A DNA stretch of 63,967 nucleotides, filler included, from Stramenopiles sp. TOSAG23-2 (lineage: Eukaryota), in NCBI GenBank assembly GCA_900128395.1. It is 4 parts of 4 records of this genome, joined end to end, with 100 filler letters (N's around TTAATTAATTAA, not from the genome) between each part and the next. Parts side by side here need not be neighbours in the genome. Positions count along the whole stretch, not along the records: positions 32,987 to 49,346 come from LT649680.1; 3 more parts are not named here. One strand, written 5' to 3'. Numbering within the stretch: position 1 is the first letter of the stretch; every line of letters starts with the position of its first letter. Below are positions 33,424 to 44,993 of this stretch, in pieces. Below the pieces are notes generated by a model. The model saw only the letters and a list, made by a program, of their open reading frames with translations. It searched no databases and was not told the origin of the DNA. Made by a program: the position numbers and the translations under genes.

Positions 33424-35364
33424 TTACCAACTTCCCGAACTTCCTCCACCTTTGCCACTCCACGAGCTTCCAGAGCTGCTCCCACTACTACTACCACTGC
33501 TATTTTTGGAGGATTTCTTTATCGAATCCCACCAACTATCACTTTTACTATTAGTTTGCTTACTTGAGTCACCTACAACAGACCTTTTCACTTCACTCTT
33601 TTGAACATCAAGGTACCATGTCGACGATGGATCTCGACCTCGTAAAATAGCTGGAACGGTTGTAGTGACAGCAGCTGTTGAACTGGAAGTTGTTGATGTA
33701 GATGCGTTACTATTGCTGTTAATATTGTTTACAGCATTTGCCACGTAAATGTTATTTATCGTAGTATTTCTTGCTCTATCACGATTATAAGTATCGTAAG
33801 TACTTCCTCTTCCATTTCCATAAGATATTTCATTCCAAAAATCATTTACATCATTATATGCATAGTTGTTTCGGTATCGGCGTCGCATACGAGCATATCG
33901 ATGGTGACGATTTCTCCCATATAAAACTGATCCCCATGCCCAAGATGTTAATATTGCTATACGCACACCATACCTGATTCCACGTGGATATACACTATTA
34001 ACTCTCCATCGGTTATGGTATTGAATATCAGCAGTTTCCCCATCCATGCTTACACGAAGGATGGTCGCTGGTAAATGCTCCGTGATTCCCAATATGGAGT
34101 GTCGAGAGGTACGAACGTATACTCGATCACCAAATCTATATGCACCATGTCTATCGTTGCCTTCGTTTTCTGCTTCGTTGCCTCCAACGGCTTCCACACC
34201 CGGTGCTGTTGGCATTGGTAAACCATCAAGCTCTGGAACGTTTCCAGTCAAAATATTTGCTCTACATAATGGACATGTTGAACGATTTTGTATCCAACGA
34301 TCAATACATGATGTGTGGAAAGAATGTCCACATGCAAGGGTACGAACACGATTAACACGATTTACTTGCTCCTCATTCTCCTTCTTTTCCCTTTCAACGC
34401 GATAGCTTCTGAAGCAATAAGCAAATGCAAGTACGGATACAATTTTATTCCTTTTTCCTGCTTTCCAAAAATTGTAATAAACAAGAACGCCAGCAGTACA
34501 TATGTTCAAAATAGTTGGATACCAACGTTTAAGACTAATTAAATCACTTAGATACCACCTACGTTCATACCCAGTTAAATTTTCCATATCAACATCAAAC
34601 ATTGAAGGTCCATTCGTTGATTCTAGACATATACCGCAAATATCATCATCTTCACGATTATCATCTTCACCCTCATTACCATCATATAGCTGACTACTAG
34701 CTTCATTGCTTTGCTCATTTTCAAGACCTCTAGTAGTTTCATATTTACAATTTGCAATGACATTGTGCTTCAATATAGAATACGAGAAAAAGATTAACAA
34801 TGGAGAGATAAACACACCCCTCCAACGTCCTAACCAGGATGTAAAAATTTCATAATTTTTGTTATATTCCATCAATCGTTCAATCTCTTGAAGGCCAACC
34901 GTTGCAGCTTCCATATACTTTTCCTTCTTCAAATACGGACCCATTTTATTAATGACACTATCTCCTTGAGAATCCGTTATTAACCGTTTACCACCCGTAT
35001 GTACTCGTAGTAGGCGATCTTTCAGCGCAATGATTAGCAGAACAGCCCCTTCCGGCTCTATTTCCTGTCGATTTCGTTTGGCTAATAATACATTATTACT
35101 AAATGCTTTTAATAAGTTTTGTTTCATCTTTTTAGACCCGGTAGCAATGGGCGCTACTTGGGATATAGAATTCAAGAACATTAAATTCAAATAATTACTC
35201 TCTTTCAACATATCTTTCGCTCTTTTGAAAAGTCTGTTATATTTATTTCCTTCTCTAGCAGCATAGTATTTTTCAGCATAACTAAATATATTACTATTTT
35301 GCATTAAGTTAATTGCTGCTTCAACTGGCGTTATTAAAGATGTTTTTTTATTAAACAACGACAT
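33424..35364 (-). CDS. TPM-domain membrane protein with split RING-H2 finger and Gly/Ser tail ending SGSW
   Basis: [22 protein letters not shown]...ITD.....VI..M.PYLK...Y; RING: CGIC...[15 protein letters not shown]....TCPLCR; tail GGGSSGSW. Confidence 0.75.
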   Translation of the reverse strand: MSLFNKKTSLITPVEAAINLMQNSNIFSYAEKYYAAREGNKYNRLFKRAKDMLKESNYLNLMFLNSISQVAPIATGSKKMKQNLLKAFSNNVLLAKRNRQEIEPEGAVLLIIALKDRLLRVHTGGKRLITDSQGDSVINKMGPYLKKEKYMEAATVGLQEIERLMEYNKNYEIFTSWLGRWRGVFISPLLIFFSYSILKHNVIANCKYETTRGLENEQSNEASSQLYDGNEGEDDNREDDDICGICLESTNGPSMFDVDMENLTGYERRWYLSDLISLKRWYPTILNICTAGVLVYYNFWKAGKRNKIVSVLAFAYCFRSYRVEREKKENEEQVNRVNRVRTLACGHSFHTSCIDRWIQNRSTCPLCRANILTGNVPELDGLPMPTAPGVEAVGGNEAENEGNDRHGAYRFGDRVYVRTSRHSILGITEHLPATILRVSMDGETADIQYHNRWRVNSVYPRGIRYGVRIAILTSWAWGSVLYGRNRHHRYARMRRRYRNNYAYNDVNDFWNEISYGNGRGSTYDTYNRDRARNTTINNIYVANAVNNINSNSNASTSTTSSSTAAVTTTVPAILRGRDPSSTWYLDVQKSEVKRSVVGDSSKQTNSKSDSWWDSIKKSSKNSSGSSSGSSSGSSWSGKGGGSSGSW

Positions 35365-36101
35365 ATTGGTATATTTATATGAATATAGTTATATATATTG
35401 TTACATATACTAAGCAAGAAAGAAGACACTGTTTAATATACAAAAAAACTACCGCAATAGTATATATACAATCTATACAATTACTAATATATATATCTAT
35501 ATCTATGTCCACCATCTATCATCAATAAATAAAATACATCTTTTTAGTTTAAAGATTGGATTGGTAAAAGCCAGAAAGGATATTGAGAGCGTAAAAGCTC
35601 ACACAATGGCCCAACTATACGACGAAGTTCCCACCAATGTGCCAATGTTATTACCCTGCCGGGCCTGGAATATCAGGTCCCTTAATAATCTTACGACTAA
35701 TGTATGAATGGTATCACCATGTACCATCGTATTTCTTATTAACTAGTATACTATATAGTCGTCTATTTCCTTAAAGAGCTAAATATTTGCGAAAGTATAT
35801 TGCGAATACGCGAATACGCGAATACCAGTGGAATACCACAGGGAATATTGGCCAGCCGCCAGGAACAACCAGGAATACATCTCTCTTTTCTTAGAACCAC
35901 AAGTTAAATATAAAGTTACTGTATGTAGGTACAAAAGTCTTCATTGTAGATATCTTACCTCGTCGTCGTCGTATATACATCATCAGGGGTCAATACAAAC
36001 AACCAAAAGAAAAGTAGTAGAACATATATATATATATATATATACAACACATTATTCGTATTGTTTTGTTTTTTTATTGATTCTATTGTTTAAAAAAAAA
36101 T

Positions 36102-37889
36102 ATGTTTAGAATACCTAGCTTTGGTGGTGGTGGTGGTAATGCTGGAAATAATGGTATACCAAATATACCAATACCTCCTCCAAATATTCCAAATAACAAT
36201 AACAACAACAACAACAACAACAACAACAACGATAACAACAATAAAAAAAAGGATGATGATGATAAGAAATTTCAAGGGTTTGATCCACGTGGATTTGAAC
36301 GCGCTGCTGAAGCGTCAAAAGAGTTGAATAAATCAAAATATGTAAAGGAGGCAATCGAAATGGCAAAAGATTCAGAAAAAACCAAACAAATGGAATATCA
36401 AGCTATTATTGCAGAACGTAATGCACAGGCAAAGCAGCTTGAATTAAAAAGGCAACAAGTTATGGAGGAAGAACGGCGTAAAACAATCGAGCAAGAAGCC
36501 TACTTGCAAGAAAAGCAAGCAAGATACCAAGACAAATTACAACGCGACAGAATGAAGGAAGAACTTGCTGCGAAAAGAAGCATGCAAAATGATCTGGTTA
36601 GAAAACAAGAGGAAGCGACGAAACGTATGGAAGCTGAAAAAAGAGCTACGTTGGAAAAAGAATTAAGTGCAAGAAGACAAGCAGAAATAGATCGAGTACG
36701 TGCAGAGACAAAAGGTAAAATTGAACATGAACGTGCAAATCATCATCTGCATTTGGAAAAATTGCATGCAGAAGCGGAGGAGAATCGTACTACTGTGTTA
36801 GAAGCAACTAAAATTGCAGCTCAAGCAATTGGGGATGGATTGACAAATTATCTTAATGACAAAGAGAAAATTACACGGACTGTTATTGGTTTAAGTTGTC
36901 TGGCGTTGGGTGTATATACAGCAAAAGCCGGAACTACTGTAGTCGGTAACTACATCGGAGCTAGGCTAGGAAAGCCATCATTAGTTCGCGATACTTCCAA
37001 ACGTACATTGTTAGATTTTGTAAAGCACCCATTCAAAACAACGAAAGAAGTATTGTTCAAAAATAAAGTTGGAGATGCATTAGATGGTGTTATTTTAGAT
37101 AAAACATTGGAATCAAGATTAAAAACTGTATCAACCTCTACTCAAAACACGAAGGTAAATGGTGCACCATATCGTAATTTATTATTATATGGGCATCCAG
37201 GTACAGGTAAAACCATGTTTGCGAAAAATTTAGCACAGCATAGTAATTTAGACTATGCAATCATGACTGGTGGGGATGTAGCACCATTAGGTAGGGAAGG
37301 TGTAACAGAAATGCATAAAATATTCGATTGGGCGCAAACATCCAAGAAAGGCTTATTACTTTTTGTAGATGAGGCAGATGCATTTTTACGAAAACGTACT
37401 GGTGCTGATGGAGAAATTTCAGAAGATATGCGAAATGCATTAAATGCATTTTTATATCGTACGGGGGAAGCTTCAACTAATTTCATGGTAGTATTTGCTA
37501 GTAATCAACCAGAACAATTAGATTGGGCTGTACAAGATCGTGTAGATGAAATCGTAGAATTTACATTACCAGGTCTTGATGAAAGAGTTGCATTGGTAAA
37601 GCAATATTTTGATATGTATGTAAAAAATCCACAACCAGCAAACCAAAGCATGTTTGGTGGTAGTAATGCTAAAAAAATTGAGATAACTGGTGATTTTGAT
37701 GTTGAAGATAAGTTAACAGAATATGCAAAAAAGTTAGAGAATTTTTCAGGCCGTGAAATTTCAAAGTTAGGTATAGCATGGCAAGCATCTGCATATGGTT
37801 CGCATAAAGGTGAATTAACAGAGGAGATGATGGATGTTGTGTTTGAAATTGCATTGGCACAACATACACAAAAGATTGATTGGAGGTAA
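36102..37889 (+). CDS. ATAD3: Mitochondrial AAA ATPase ATAD3
   Basis: FDPRGFERAA, coiled coil, LGKPSLVRDTS, Walker A GHPGTGKT, MTGGDVAPLG, Walker B LFVDEADAFL. Confidence 0.95.
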   Translation: MFRIPSFGGGGGNAGNNGIPNIPIPPPNIPNNNNNNNNNNNNNDNNNKKKDDDDKKFQGFDPRGFERAAEASKELNKSKYVKEAIEMAKDSEKTKQMEYQAIIAERNAQAKQLELKRQQVMEEERRKTIEQEAYLQEKQARYQDKLQRDRMKEELAAKRSMQNDLVRKQEEATKRMEAEKRATLEKELSARRQAEIDRVRAETKGKIEHERANHHLHLEKLHAEAEENRTTVLEATKIAAQAIGDGLTNYLNDKEKITRTVIGLSCLALGVYTAKAGTTVVGNYIGARLGKPSLVRDTSKRTLLDFVKHPFKTTKEVLFKNKVGDALDGVILDKTLESRLKTVSTSTQNTKVNGAPYRNLLLYGHPGTGKTMFAKNLAQHSNLDYAIMTGGDVAPLGREGVTEMHKIFDWAQTSKKGLLLFVDEADAFLRKRTGADGEISEDMRNALNAFLYRTGEASTNFMVVFASNQPEQLDWAVQDRVDEIVEFTLPGLDERVALVKQYFDMYVKNPQPANQSMFGGSNAKKIEITGDFDVEDKLTEYAKKLENFSGREISKLGIAWQASAYGSHKGELTEEMMDVVFEIALAQHTQKIDWR

Positions 37890-38091
37890 AAAGAAAAATT
37901 AAATGAAAATATTACGAGTTCGTATGAAGAGTAGGAATTATCATGAGTAAATTAAAACAAAATAAATTATGCGTAAATTAATATATTTTAAAATTTTTAA
38001 AATATATGATATTATGATATGATACATGTATGTACATCAAACGAAAAGTATAAAATACGTTCTCTCCAAAAGAATACACAGCATCACACTC

Positions 38092-39027
38092 TCATACTTC
38101 CATTGGCGTACTTTTTATTGTTTTGCCTTTCATCAAAATTGGACTAGCACTTCCTAATTGCGATAATTTTTTATCTAATAATTCAAGTGCCTTTGCACGT
38201 CTACGTTCAGCTACTTGATGGGATGTCGCCGGTGCACTTAAAAAATTATTCCCAGAATATCCACTTGCTCTACTGCTAGATTTTCTACAGACGGTAAAAT
38301 ACAATGCATGAGCAAACTCCCCAATAAATCTTGCCAACAAATGTGTTGGTGGAGGAAATAAATCTTCAAACTTAAATTCAATTTTAGGACATGCATTATT
38401 GTTGCCATCACCAAGATGATTCCCTAATCTCCACCTTTTTAAATACAAAAATGATCCGAAAAAGGAAAAATAAATGAACGGTAACTCTACCATCATAATA
38501 CCTCGCAAAATTGTTGCTATTACAACACTTGTAAGAGGTAAATAACGTAATTTAAGCTCTGATAAATATGGGATGGAACTTTCTGGAAACAATTGAACAA
38601 TTCCCATGATAAGCGCAACAATCAAACCCCATGTTCCATGCATGCTACTATACAAATAGCCTTCATTTTCAAAACAAATATAAAATATTATATGATATAC
38701 AAACGTACAACCACCAGCATACAATTGTATAGTAAATAAAAACACTGCTAACTGTTTTGTATTCCATGTTACTTCTAAATGACTTCCAAGCAAATAAAAT
38801 GTTGCTACACTAAATACCATGGATACAAAATTTGTTTCTAAAAAACTGCTAGTTACAAGATTCCATACGTTTAAATGTCTAAAAGTATTTGCTGCGATAA
38901 GGGAAAAATAATTTTCACACGGAACACCTATTGCATTTAAAAAAAATAATAATATTATTATAAAAGTAATACTAGCTACTAATGGAACTTTTTTAAAATC
39001 TTTTTGCAGTCGTAACTCTAGTAACAT
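38092..39027 (-). CDS. TMEM115-like rhomboid-superfamily membrane protein
   Basis: WNLVTSSFLE, LEVTW, F.FEDLFP and C-terminal AERRRAKALELLD. Confidence 0.8.
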   Translation of the reverse strand: MLLELRLQKDFKKVPLVASITFIIILLFFLNAIGVPCENYFSLIAANTFRHLNVWNLVTSSFLETNFVSMVFSVATFYLLGSHLEVTWNTKQLAVFLFTIQLYAGGCTFVYHIIFYICFENEGYLYSSMHGTWGLIVALIMGIVQLFPESSIPYLSELKLRYLPLTSVVIATILRGIMMVELPFIYFSFFGSFLYLKRWRLGNHLGDGNNNACPKIEFKFEDLFPPPTHLLARFIGEFAHALYFTVCRKSSSRASGYSGNNFLSAPATSHQVAERRRAKALELLDKKLSQLGSASPILMKGKTIKSTPMEV

Positions 39028-39425
39028 GTTTTTTTTGCAATATTTACTAAATATGCAATTCGTTTATTTTGGCAAAATGATGTATTACAATAATATCCAG
39101 CTACAGCTACAAAAAAATATATGAAGAAACAATTTTGATTGTGGATAAAATGGACCTGAATCGACAAGTTTATGTATCAGTTTTTATCTAATTAATCTTT
39201 ATTTAAAAATAAATATTCAAAAAAAATAAAATTATTATTGTTGCTATTATTATACAGGTAATAATCTAAATCATCATCAGGTTAAGGTGGTTGTGCGTTC
39301 TCCACCTTAAAAACAGTCTGAACCCCTTAAATGGACCATTATTTATGATTAAATATATATAATTAATATATACTACGTAAACACTAGAAATAATGAATAG
39401 CACAATACTATAATATAGAAGCAAT

Positions 39426-41930
39426 TCAGTTTACACTACATACACTAATACGTTTGCGACTGAAATCAATCGATAAAATCTCAACTTCGAGAACATAACC
39501 AACACCAACATTTTTTTTATCCTCCTTTGACATTTTAGAATTATGCAATAATGCACTTATTCCAATCCCAATATCAACAAAAGCTCCAAATGGCGCAACA
39601 TTTTGTACGGTGCCACTTATTGTTGACTTTACTTTCAAACTTTCAATTGTTTTTGGACCTTGTCGTAATTGTTGTTGTCGCACGTTTTCCCTTGGATCAT
39701 AATTTGGTTTTTCTAATGTTTTCAATATTTGAATACATGTTTCTTTATCAACATGCTGCGGCAACCTATTCAGAATATTTGCAATACCATGGTTTGATGA
39801 TAAAATGGATTTAATTTTCTTCTTCTTTTTTTTCTCATCATTACTTGTTGATCGAAGGATGTCGACACCAATCAATTTACATAAATTTTCAGTTAATTTA
39901 TAACTTTCAGGATGAATATTTGTTGCATCTAGATAGTTATTGCCATCAAAAATTTTCAAAAATCCAATGCATTGTTCATATGTCTTGGGTCCTACCCCAC
40001 TGACATTTAGAAGATCAGTTCGTGATTTGAATTTTTGATTTTTACGTACATATTCGAAAATGGCACTTGCAGTTTTACGATTTAAACCTGCAATACGTCG
40101 CAGCAAAGATACACTTGCATTATTTACATCGACACCAATGTCAGATACAACTATGCTGACTACTTGATCTAAATGTTTTTCTAAATCTTTTGGCGATAAA
40201 TCATGCTGGTACATACCTACTCCTAATGATTGTGGTGGAACTTTCACAAGTTCACTCAAAGGGTTTTGAACACGTCTAGCTAGTGCAATTGAACCAATTG
40301 CTAATGGATCTAGCTTACCAAATTCATTTTGTGCTTCCTTGGATGTTGAATATACACTAGCACCAGCTTCATTTACTATAACATATGATAAATCATTGTG
40401 ACGATTTAATATATTTGCAGACAACCATTGTTCAACTTCTCTTGATGCTGTACCATTTCCTAGCGCTATTAATGTTATTTGATGTTTTTTAATTAATTGC
40501 AGAACAATTCGCTCGCTGTTATCATTACTACTACTATTTCCAGAAGATGAAGAGGATGTACTATTATTATTATTATTAAAACGTTGCTTTTTTTTTTCAT
40601 TGTTACCATAATTATTATTATTTCTACTTCGTTGTTGAAACCTTGGCCATATTGTTGTTGTATCTAATACAACTCCTTGTTTATTTACCACTGCACATTT
40701 ACATCCAGCACGATATCCCGGATCAATGCCTAACACGGTATGTCCATAATACGGCTTTGTCATTAATAAATTTTTCACATTATTTGCAAAACATCTAATT
40801 GCATCTTTATGAGCATTATCACGCATTTCTTTACGCACTTCTCGGATCAAACTTGGCCTTAACAAACGCTTCCATGCATCTTCACAGGCAGCATCTATAA
40901 TTTTTTCACGTATGTAACATTTATTATTTTTAAAATGATTTTGATATGGACATCTTGCAAGATTACGCATTTGACTGACAAGGTACCGAATCATTTTATT
41001 TTTCCTTTCAGTAATATTTAATTTCTTTCTATTGTCATTTTTACCTTTATTCTTGGACCCAACACCACCACTACCACCTTCAAAATGTATTGTTAACGAC
41101 AATATTTTTTCTTTCACACCTCGCTCAATTGCTAATATTTGATGATGTTTTACATATTTGAACAAACATTTCCAATTATCATAATTATCATATACACCTA
41201 GTTTTTTTTTGGAATCATTACCCCCGCCACGTTTTCGTTTATTACCACTCTTGAAAGCGTTATTACTTGACGATTTCGATGATTCTTTTTTCAATGATAC
41301 ATGAAATTGTCCTTGTCGATTTACAAAAGCTCTTAATTCTTTTCGAATATTTGACATTTCATTAAATTGTCCTGCTATTATATGTGCTATCATTTCATGT
41401 ATTTTATCACGTTTTAATGATAAACGTAATTTCTTAATTAAGTTATTTATATACATATCATCACATTCTTGGTGGAAACATTTCATAGCTAATGGTTTCA
41501 AGCCTAGTTTAGTTGCCTCTTCGGCCTTTGTACAACGTGTAGTTCGAAATGGCAACCATAAATCATCCAATGCTTGAATTGTCCATGCATCCAAAATATC
41601 CTTTTTCAATTGTGGTGTTAATATTTTATTTCTGGAAGACGAAGATGCGGAATATTTATTATTAGTCGATGATGATGCTTGATTACTACCTTCATCCCTA
41701 CGCTTCAATTCTTCTATCATTTTATGTTTACGGTCTTGTACTCGTTCATAAAGCTCATACGATTCGTACCATATTGTCAACAAATTAGCATCCGCATTAT
41801 TGGTTAATGCACGTCTGTAACGTGCTATAAATGGTATTGTTGCTTTTTCTTGATACAATTTAAAAGTATTTAATATATACCTTCGTTGACCAAGATTTTC
41901 TTTGTAATGAAATTGAATGAAAGATTGCAT
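39426..41930 (-). CDS. Tex-like S1 RNA-binding protein (SRBD1-like)
   Basis: TIPFIARYR, GIDPGYRAGCK, IALGNGTASRE, VNEAGASVYS, LGVGMYQHD, HhH motifs, C-terminal S1. First ATG at 41930; the 5' end is obscured by a duplication. Confidence 0.92.
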   Translation of the reverse strand: MQSFIQFHYKENLGQRRYILNTFKLYQEKATIPFIARYRRALTNNADANLLTIWYESYELYERVQDRKHKMIEELKRRDEGSNQASSSTNNKYSASSSSRNKILTPQLKKDILDAWTIQALDDLWLPFRTTRCTKAEEATKLGLKPLAMKCFHQECDDMYINNLIKKLRLSLKRDKIHEMIAHIIAGQFNEMSNIRKELRAFVNRQGQFHVSLKKESSKSSSNNAFKSGNKRKRGGGNDSKKKLGVYDNYDNWKCLFKYVKHHQILAIERGVKEKILSLTIHFEGGSGGVGSKNKGKNDNRKKLNITERKNKMIRYLVSQMRNLARCPYQNHFKNNKCYIREKIIDAACEDAWKRLLRPSLIREVRKEMRDNAHKDAIRCFANNVKNLLMTKPYYGHTVLGIDPGYRAGCKCAVVNKQGVVLDTTTIWPRFQQRSRNNNNYGNNEKKKQRFNNNNNSTSSSSSGNSSSNDNSERIVLQLIKKHQITLIALGNGTASREVEQWLSANILNRHNDLSYVIVNEAGASVYSTSKEAQNEFGKLDPLAIGSIALARRVQNPLSELVKVPPQSLGVGMYQHDLSPKDLEKHLDQVVSIVVSDIGVDVNNASVSLLRRIAGLNRKTASAIFEYVRKNQKFKSRTDLLNVSGVGPKTYEQCIGFLKIFDGNNYLDATNIHPESYKLTENLCKLIGVDILRSTSNDEKKKKKKIKSILSSNHGIANILNRLPQHVDKETCIQILKTLEKPNYDPRENVRQQQLRQGPKTIESLKVKSTISGTVQNVAPFGAFVDIGIGISALLHNSKMSKEDKKNVGVGYVLEVEILSIDFSRKRISVCSVN

Positions 41931-41951
41931 TATCGTGTTAAAACTGTGGAG

Positions 41952-42195
41952 ATAACTATTTCGTCTAACTATATGTATCAATTTGTTTTTTTCATTTAGT
42001 GAACGACAATTATAATAATACTATAATTGATGTTGGATTATTATTACATGTATTATTATTTTTTATTTATTAATAACTATTTCGTCTAACTATATGTATC
42101 AATTTGTTTTTTTCATTTAGTGAACGATAATTATAATAATACTATAATTGATGTTGGATTATTATTATTACCTGTATTATTATTTATTTATTTTT
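41952..42195. repeat. Imperfect tandem duplication, 121-nt period
   Basis: ATAACTATTTCGTCTAAC... at 41952 and 42073; copies differ in the 3' part. Confidence 0.9.
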
Positions 42196-42504
42196 TTTAT
42201 TATTATGATGATAATGAAGAGGAGGAGGAGAAGGAGATTGAAAATATCGAGGAGGAGAAAGAGTGTAATACCTGTAAAGAGAGTAAAGAATTTGTGTACA
42301 TCATATTACACATTTACACCCATAAATGTCAATATATGTTTAATTGTTTTTGTTATATACATACAAGCTTTTATATATATATTATAGTACTTTCGCTTTT
42401 CTAAAATATAATATTATATATACACGTATCTCTCTTGTAAAATTTTTAAAAATGTGTCCTGTGGTAATACTTTTGCAACAAAACTCTTCTTGATATATAC
42501 ATAC

Positions 42505-43014
42505 TTATTCTGGTACTTCCAATAGACTTTCCACACGTTTATGTGTAAACGTTGGCAATGAATTCATGACTGAATTTGAAATAGGACGACCCCAATGCTC
42601 CCCATATGCAAAATACGTTGAATAGTATGCAAAGACAGCACCGATTGTGACGGAAAAAGACGTAGAGAAACCAATAGCCGTCCCCTCAACAACATATAAC
42701 GAACCGTAAGTCTCTAAAATTAAAATTGCAGCTACACCAACAGGCGCTAGCAACGATATTATACCACAGATAAGTAAAGCAAAGGAAATAGATAAAAGAT
42801 GAAGAGACGCAATATTACAAGATAGTTTCCTGCATGTCAACACATTCCAGAACCTGTAAATTAGTCGAAATAAAACAACTACAGATGCAACCAGGAGGAT
42901 GCTTAACCAGTTCTCTATTATCAGGTCGTGACGACGATAACCTTCCGTAATTTCTCTCTGCTCAATGCCAGGTGCATCAAGGTTTTCAAAAAATTCTTGA
43001 AAAGAACTTGACAT
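42505..43014 (-). CDS. Hypothetical multi-pass membrane protein
   Basis: 169-aa ORF with 3-4 hydrophobic segments; GC is higher than in the flanks. Confidence 0.6.
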   Translation of the reverse strand: MSSSFQEFFENLDAPGIEQREITEGYRRHDLIIENWLSILLVASVVVLFRLIYRFWNVLTCRKLSCNIASLHLLSISFALLICGIISLLAPVGVAAILILETYGSLYVVEGTAIGFSTSFSVTIGAVFAYYSTYFAYGEHWGRPISNSVMNSLPTFTHKRVESLLEVPE

Positions 43015-43492
43015 ATTTAAAAAAAAAGTAGTTTGACGTTCGTAATAAAATTATTTATTTTATGCGCTTATATACATAAAGGATATTCTTATCTATCAGC
43101 GTATATGCATATGTATATGTCTATATGAAATAAATAAAATGATGATTTTAGTGTGTTTACTATAATGTCTTCCAGCAGCCTTTTTTTTAAAAATATTCTC
43201 CTGTATAAAATAAATAAAAATGATGATGTGCCAACTGACTGCTGGGCTGGCCAACGATCGCACGATCGGACCTAAAAAAAAAAACACTGTCGTCTCGTCG
43301 TCTCAAAAATCCAATTGTTAATAGTTGTATAATATTCCCTGTACTGTGTTGTGCTATTATTATTATAATACCCACTAATTATTTATTTATTATTTTTTTG
43401 AAAAAAATGAATAGTGCAATAAATTTGAAATAATAAATAATTTCGAAATAATTATTATTATTAGCAGAACACTTATTAGCATATAATATCAG

Positions 43493-43668
43493 TATGATGT
43501 ACGATATAAAGAGATATATGTACACAGATATATCTATATCCACATACATACGCATATATATATATATAATATAATATAAATTATGATGTACGATATAAAG
43601 AGATATATGTACACAGATATATCTATATCCACATACACACGCATATATATATATAATATAATACAATA
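43493..43668. repeat. Near-exact tandem duplication, 89-nt period
   Basis: TATGATGTACGATATAAAGAG... at 43493 and 43582. Confidence 0.9.
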
Positions 43669-43695
43669 TACAATATAATTGATTGGAAAATTAGC

Positions 43696-44697
43696 ATGCC
43701 GCCTAAAAAGAAACCAAAGACATCTGGAAATAATGAGCAAAAAGTGACGGATAGTAATGATGATGCATCAACAATGGCACCTCCAGCATTGGAATTTAAA
43801 GAAGGACAGCTTACGAAAGAAACCTTATTGTCATATGTCAGATGCGTAGCTAGGGATCCTGCTTGCATAACGTTTCCAGCATACAATTATCCAAAGCACA
43901 AATCAATGGTTTTGAAAGTTTTAATGTCAATGTATACAGGACCAGAAATTGGTAAAAAAAAGCGTAAATTATATGACAATAGAAAACGTCCATGTTCACC
44001 TAGTTTATTTAGAGAAGGATCAGCTTTTAGTTTTGACCATAGTAGCACTGGAGGAAACTCCCCAGCTCGTTTCAGCGAGAGAGGTCGACGAAAGGAGGAA
44101 AGAGCTGGCCCAACAAGACGGTTAGAAGAATATTTAGCGTTCGTTGGTAACACATACTACTCAAAGCCAAAGCCACTGAATAATACAAATGAATCTGGAT
44201 CTTCATCAAATAACAACTCTACTTCATACTCTATGGCAAATTCTAATATCACTGTTGCATCTATTGGTGACTTGTTTCCTATGCCAGAGGAGCAGCATCC
44301 GAATGATGATGGGGAAGAAGAAGGAGAAGGAGATGGTGATGATGATAAACAAGAAGCTGATGACAATAGTAGTAGCAGTAGTAGTAGCAGCAATAATAAA
44401 AATAATAAAAAAAGAAGTTTGGCACCAGGTAGAAATGAAATTGCGGGTCTAACATTACAACGGCAAACTACATTAGGAATATTAAAAAATCCAGCAAGGC
44501 CACGTCACGTGTTAGATGAATGGGCACCAAAACAAGTAGCATTATTTGAATCTTCTATTTGTATTTATGGGAAAAATTTTTACGCAATACAAAAAGTTAT
44601 TGAAACTAAAACATTAAAACAGGTTATTGAATTTTATTACATTTGGAAAAAAAGTTCACATTATACAATTTGGAAGAGACATTTCGCTGATAATTAA
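43696..44697 (+). CDS. SANT/Myb-domain protein (MIER/MTA/RERE-type SANT at C-terminus)
   Basis: WAPKQVALFE..ICIYGKNFYAIQKVI.TKT.KQVIEFYYIWKK. Confidence 0.85.
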   Translation: MPPKKKPKTSGNNEQKVTDSNDDASTMAPPALEFKEGQLTKETLLSYVRCVARDPACITFPAYNYPKHKSMVLKVLMSMYTGPEIGKKKRKLYDNRKRPCSPSLFREGSAFSFDHSSTGGNSPARFSERGRRKEERAGPTRRLEEYLAFVGNTYYSKPKPLNNTNESGSSSNNNSTSYSMANSNITVASIGDLFPMPEEQHPNDDGEEEGEGDGDDDKQEADDNSSSSSSSSNNKNNKKRSLAPGRNEIAGLTLQRQTTLGILKNPARPRHVLDEWAPKQVALFESSICIYGKNFYAIQKVIETKTLKQVIEFYYIWKKSSHYTIWKRHFADN

Positions 44698-44993
44698 AAA
44701 AAAACAATAAATATTTTCCATATCATATATATGTATATTTCATACACGTGTTCGTATCCTCAGTGTATATTTTAATACCTGATAAAATATTACTTCGTAA
44801 TATAAAATGTGTACGCTTCGTACGAGTATAATTTACGATCCTCGTATCAAATTAAAATGAAAAATGAAAAAATGGTTATCTCGTATATCGAATAAGAGAA
44901 TTTTTTATATTTATATATAATAAAAGTAAGTCTAGAAAAAAAATTACGAAGAGAGTATCATATAACCTATCATATATATATATGATACACTTC

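Noticed and set aside
39426-41930. Tex as recent horizontal transfer from bacteria
   Set aside because: Tex-like SRBD1 is widespread in eukaryotes, and the gene has host-like poly-Asn/Ser inserts.
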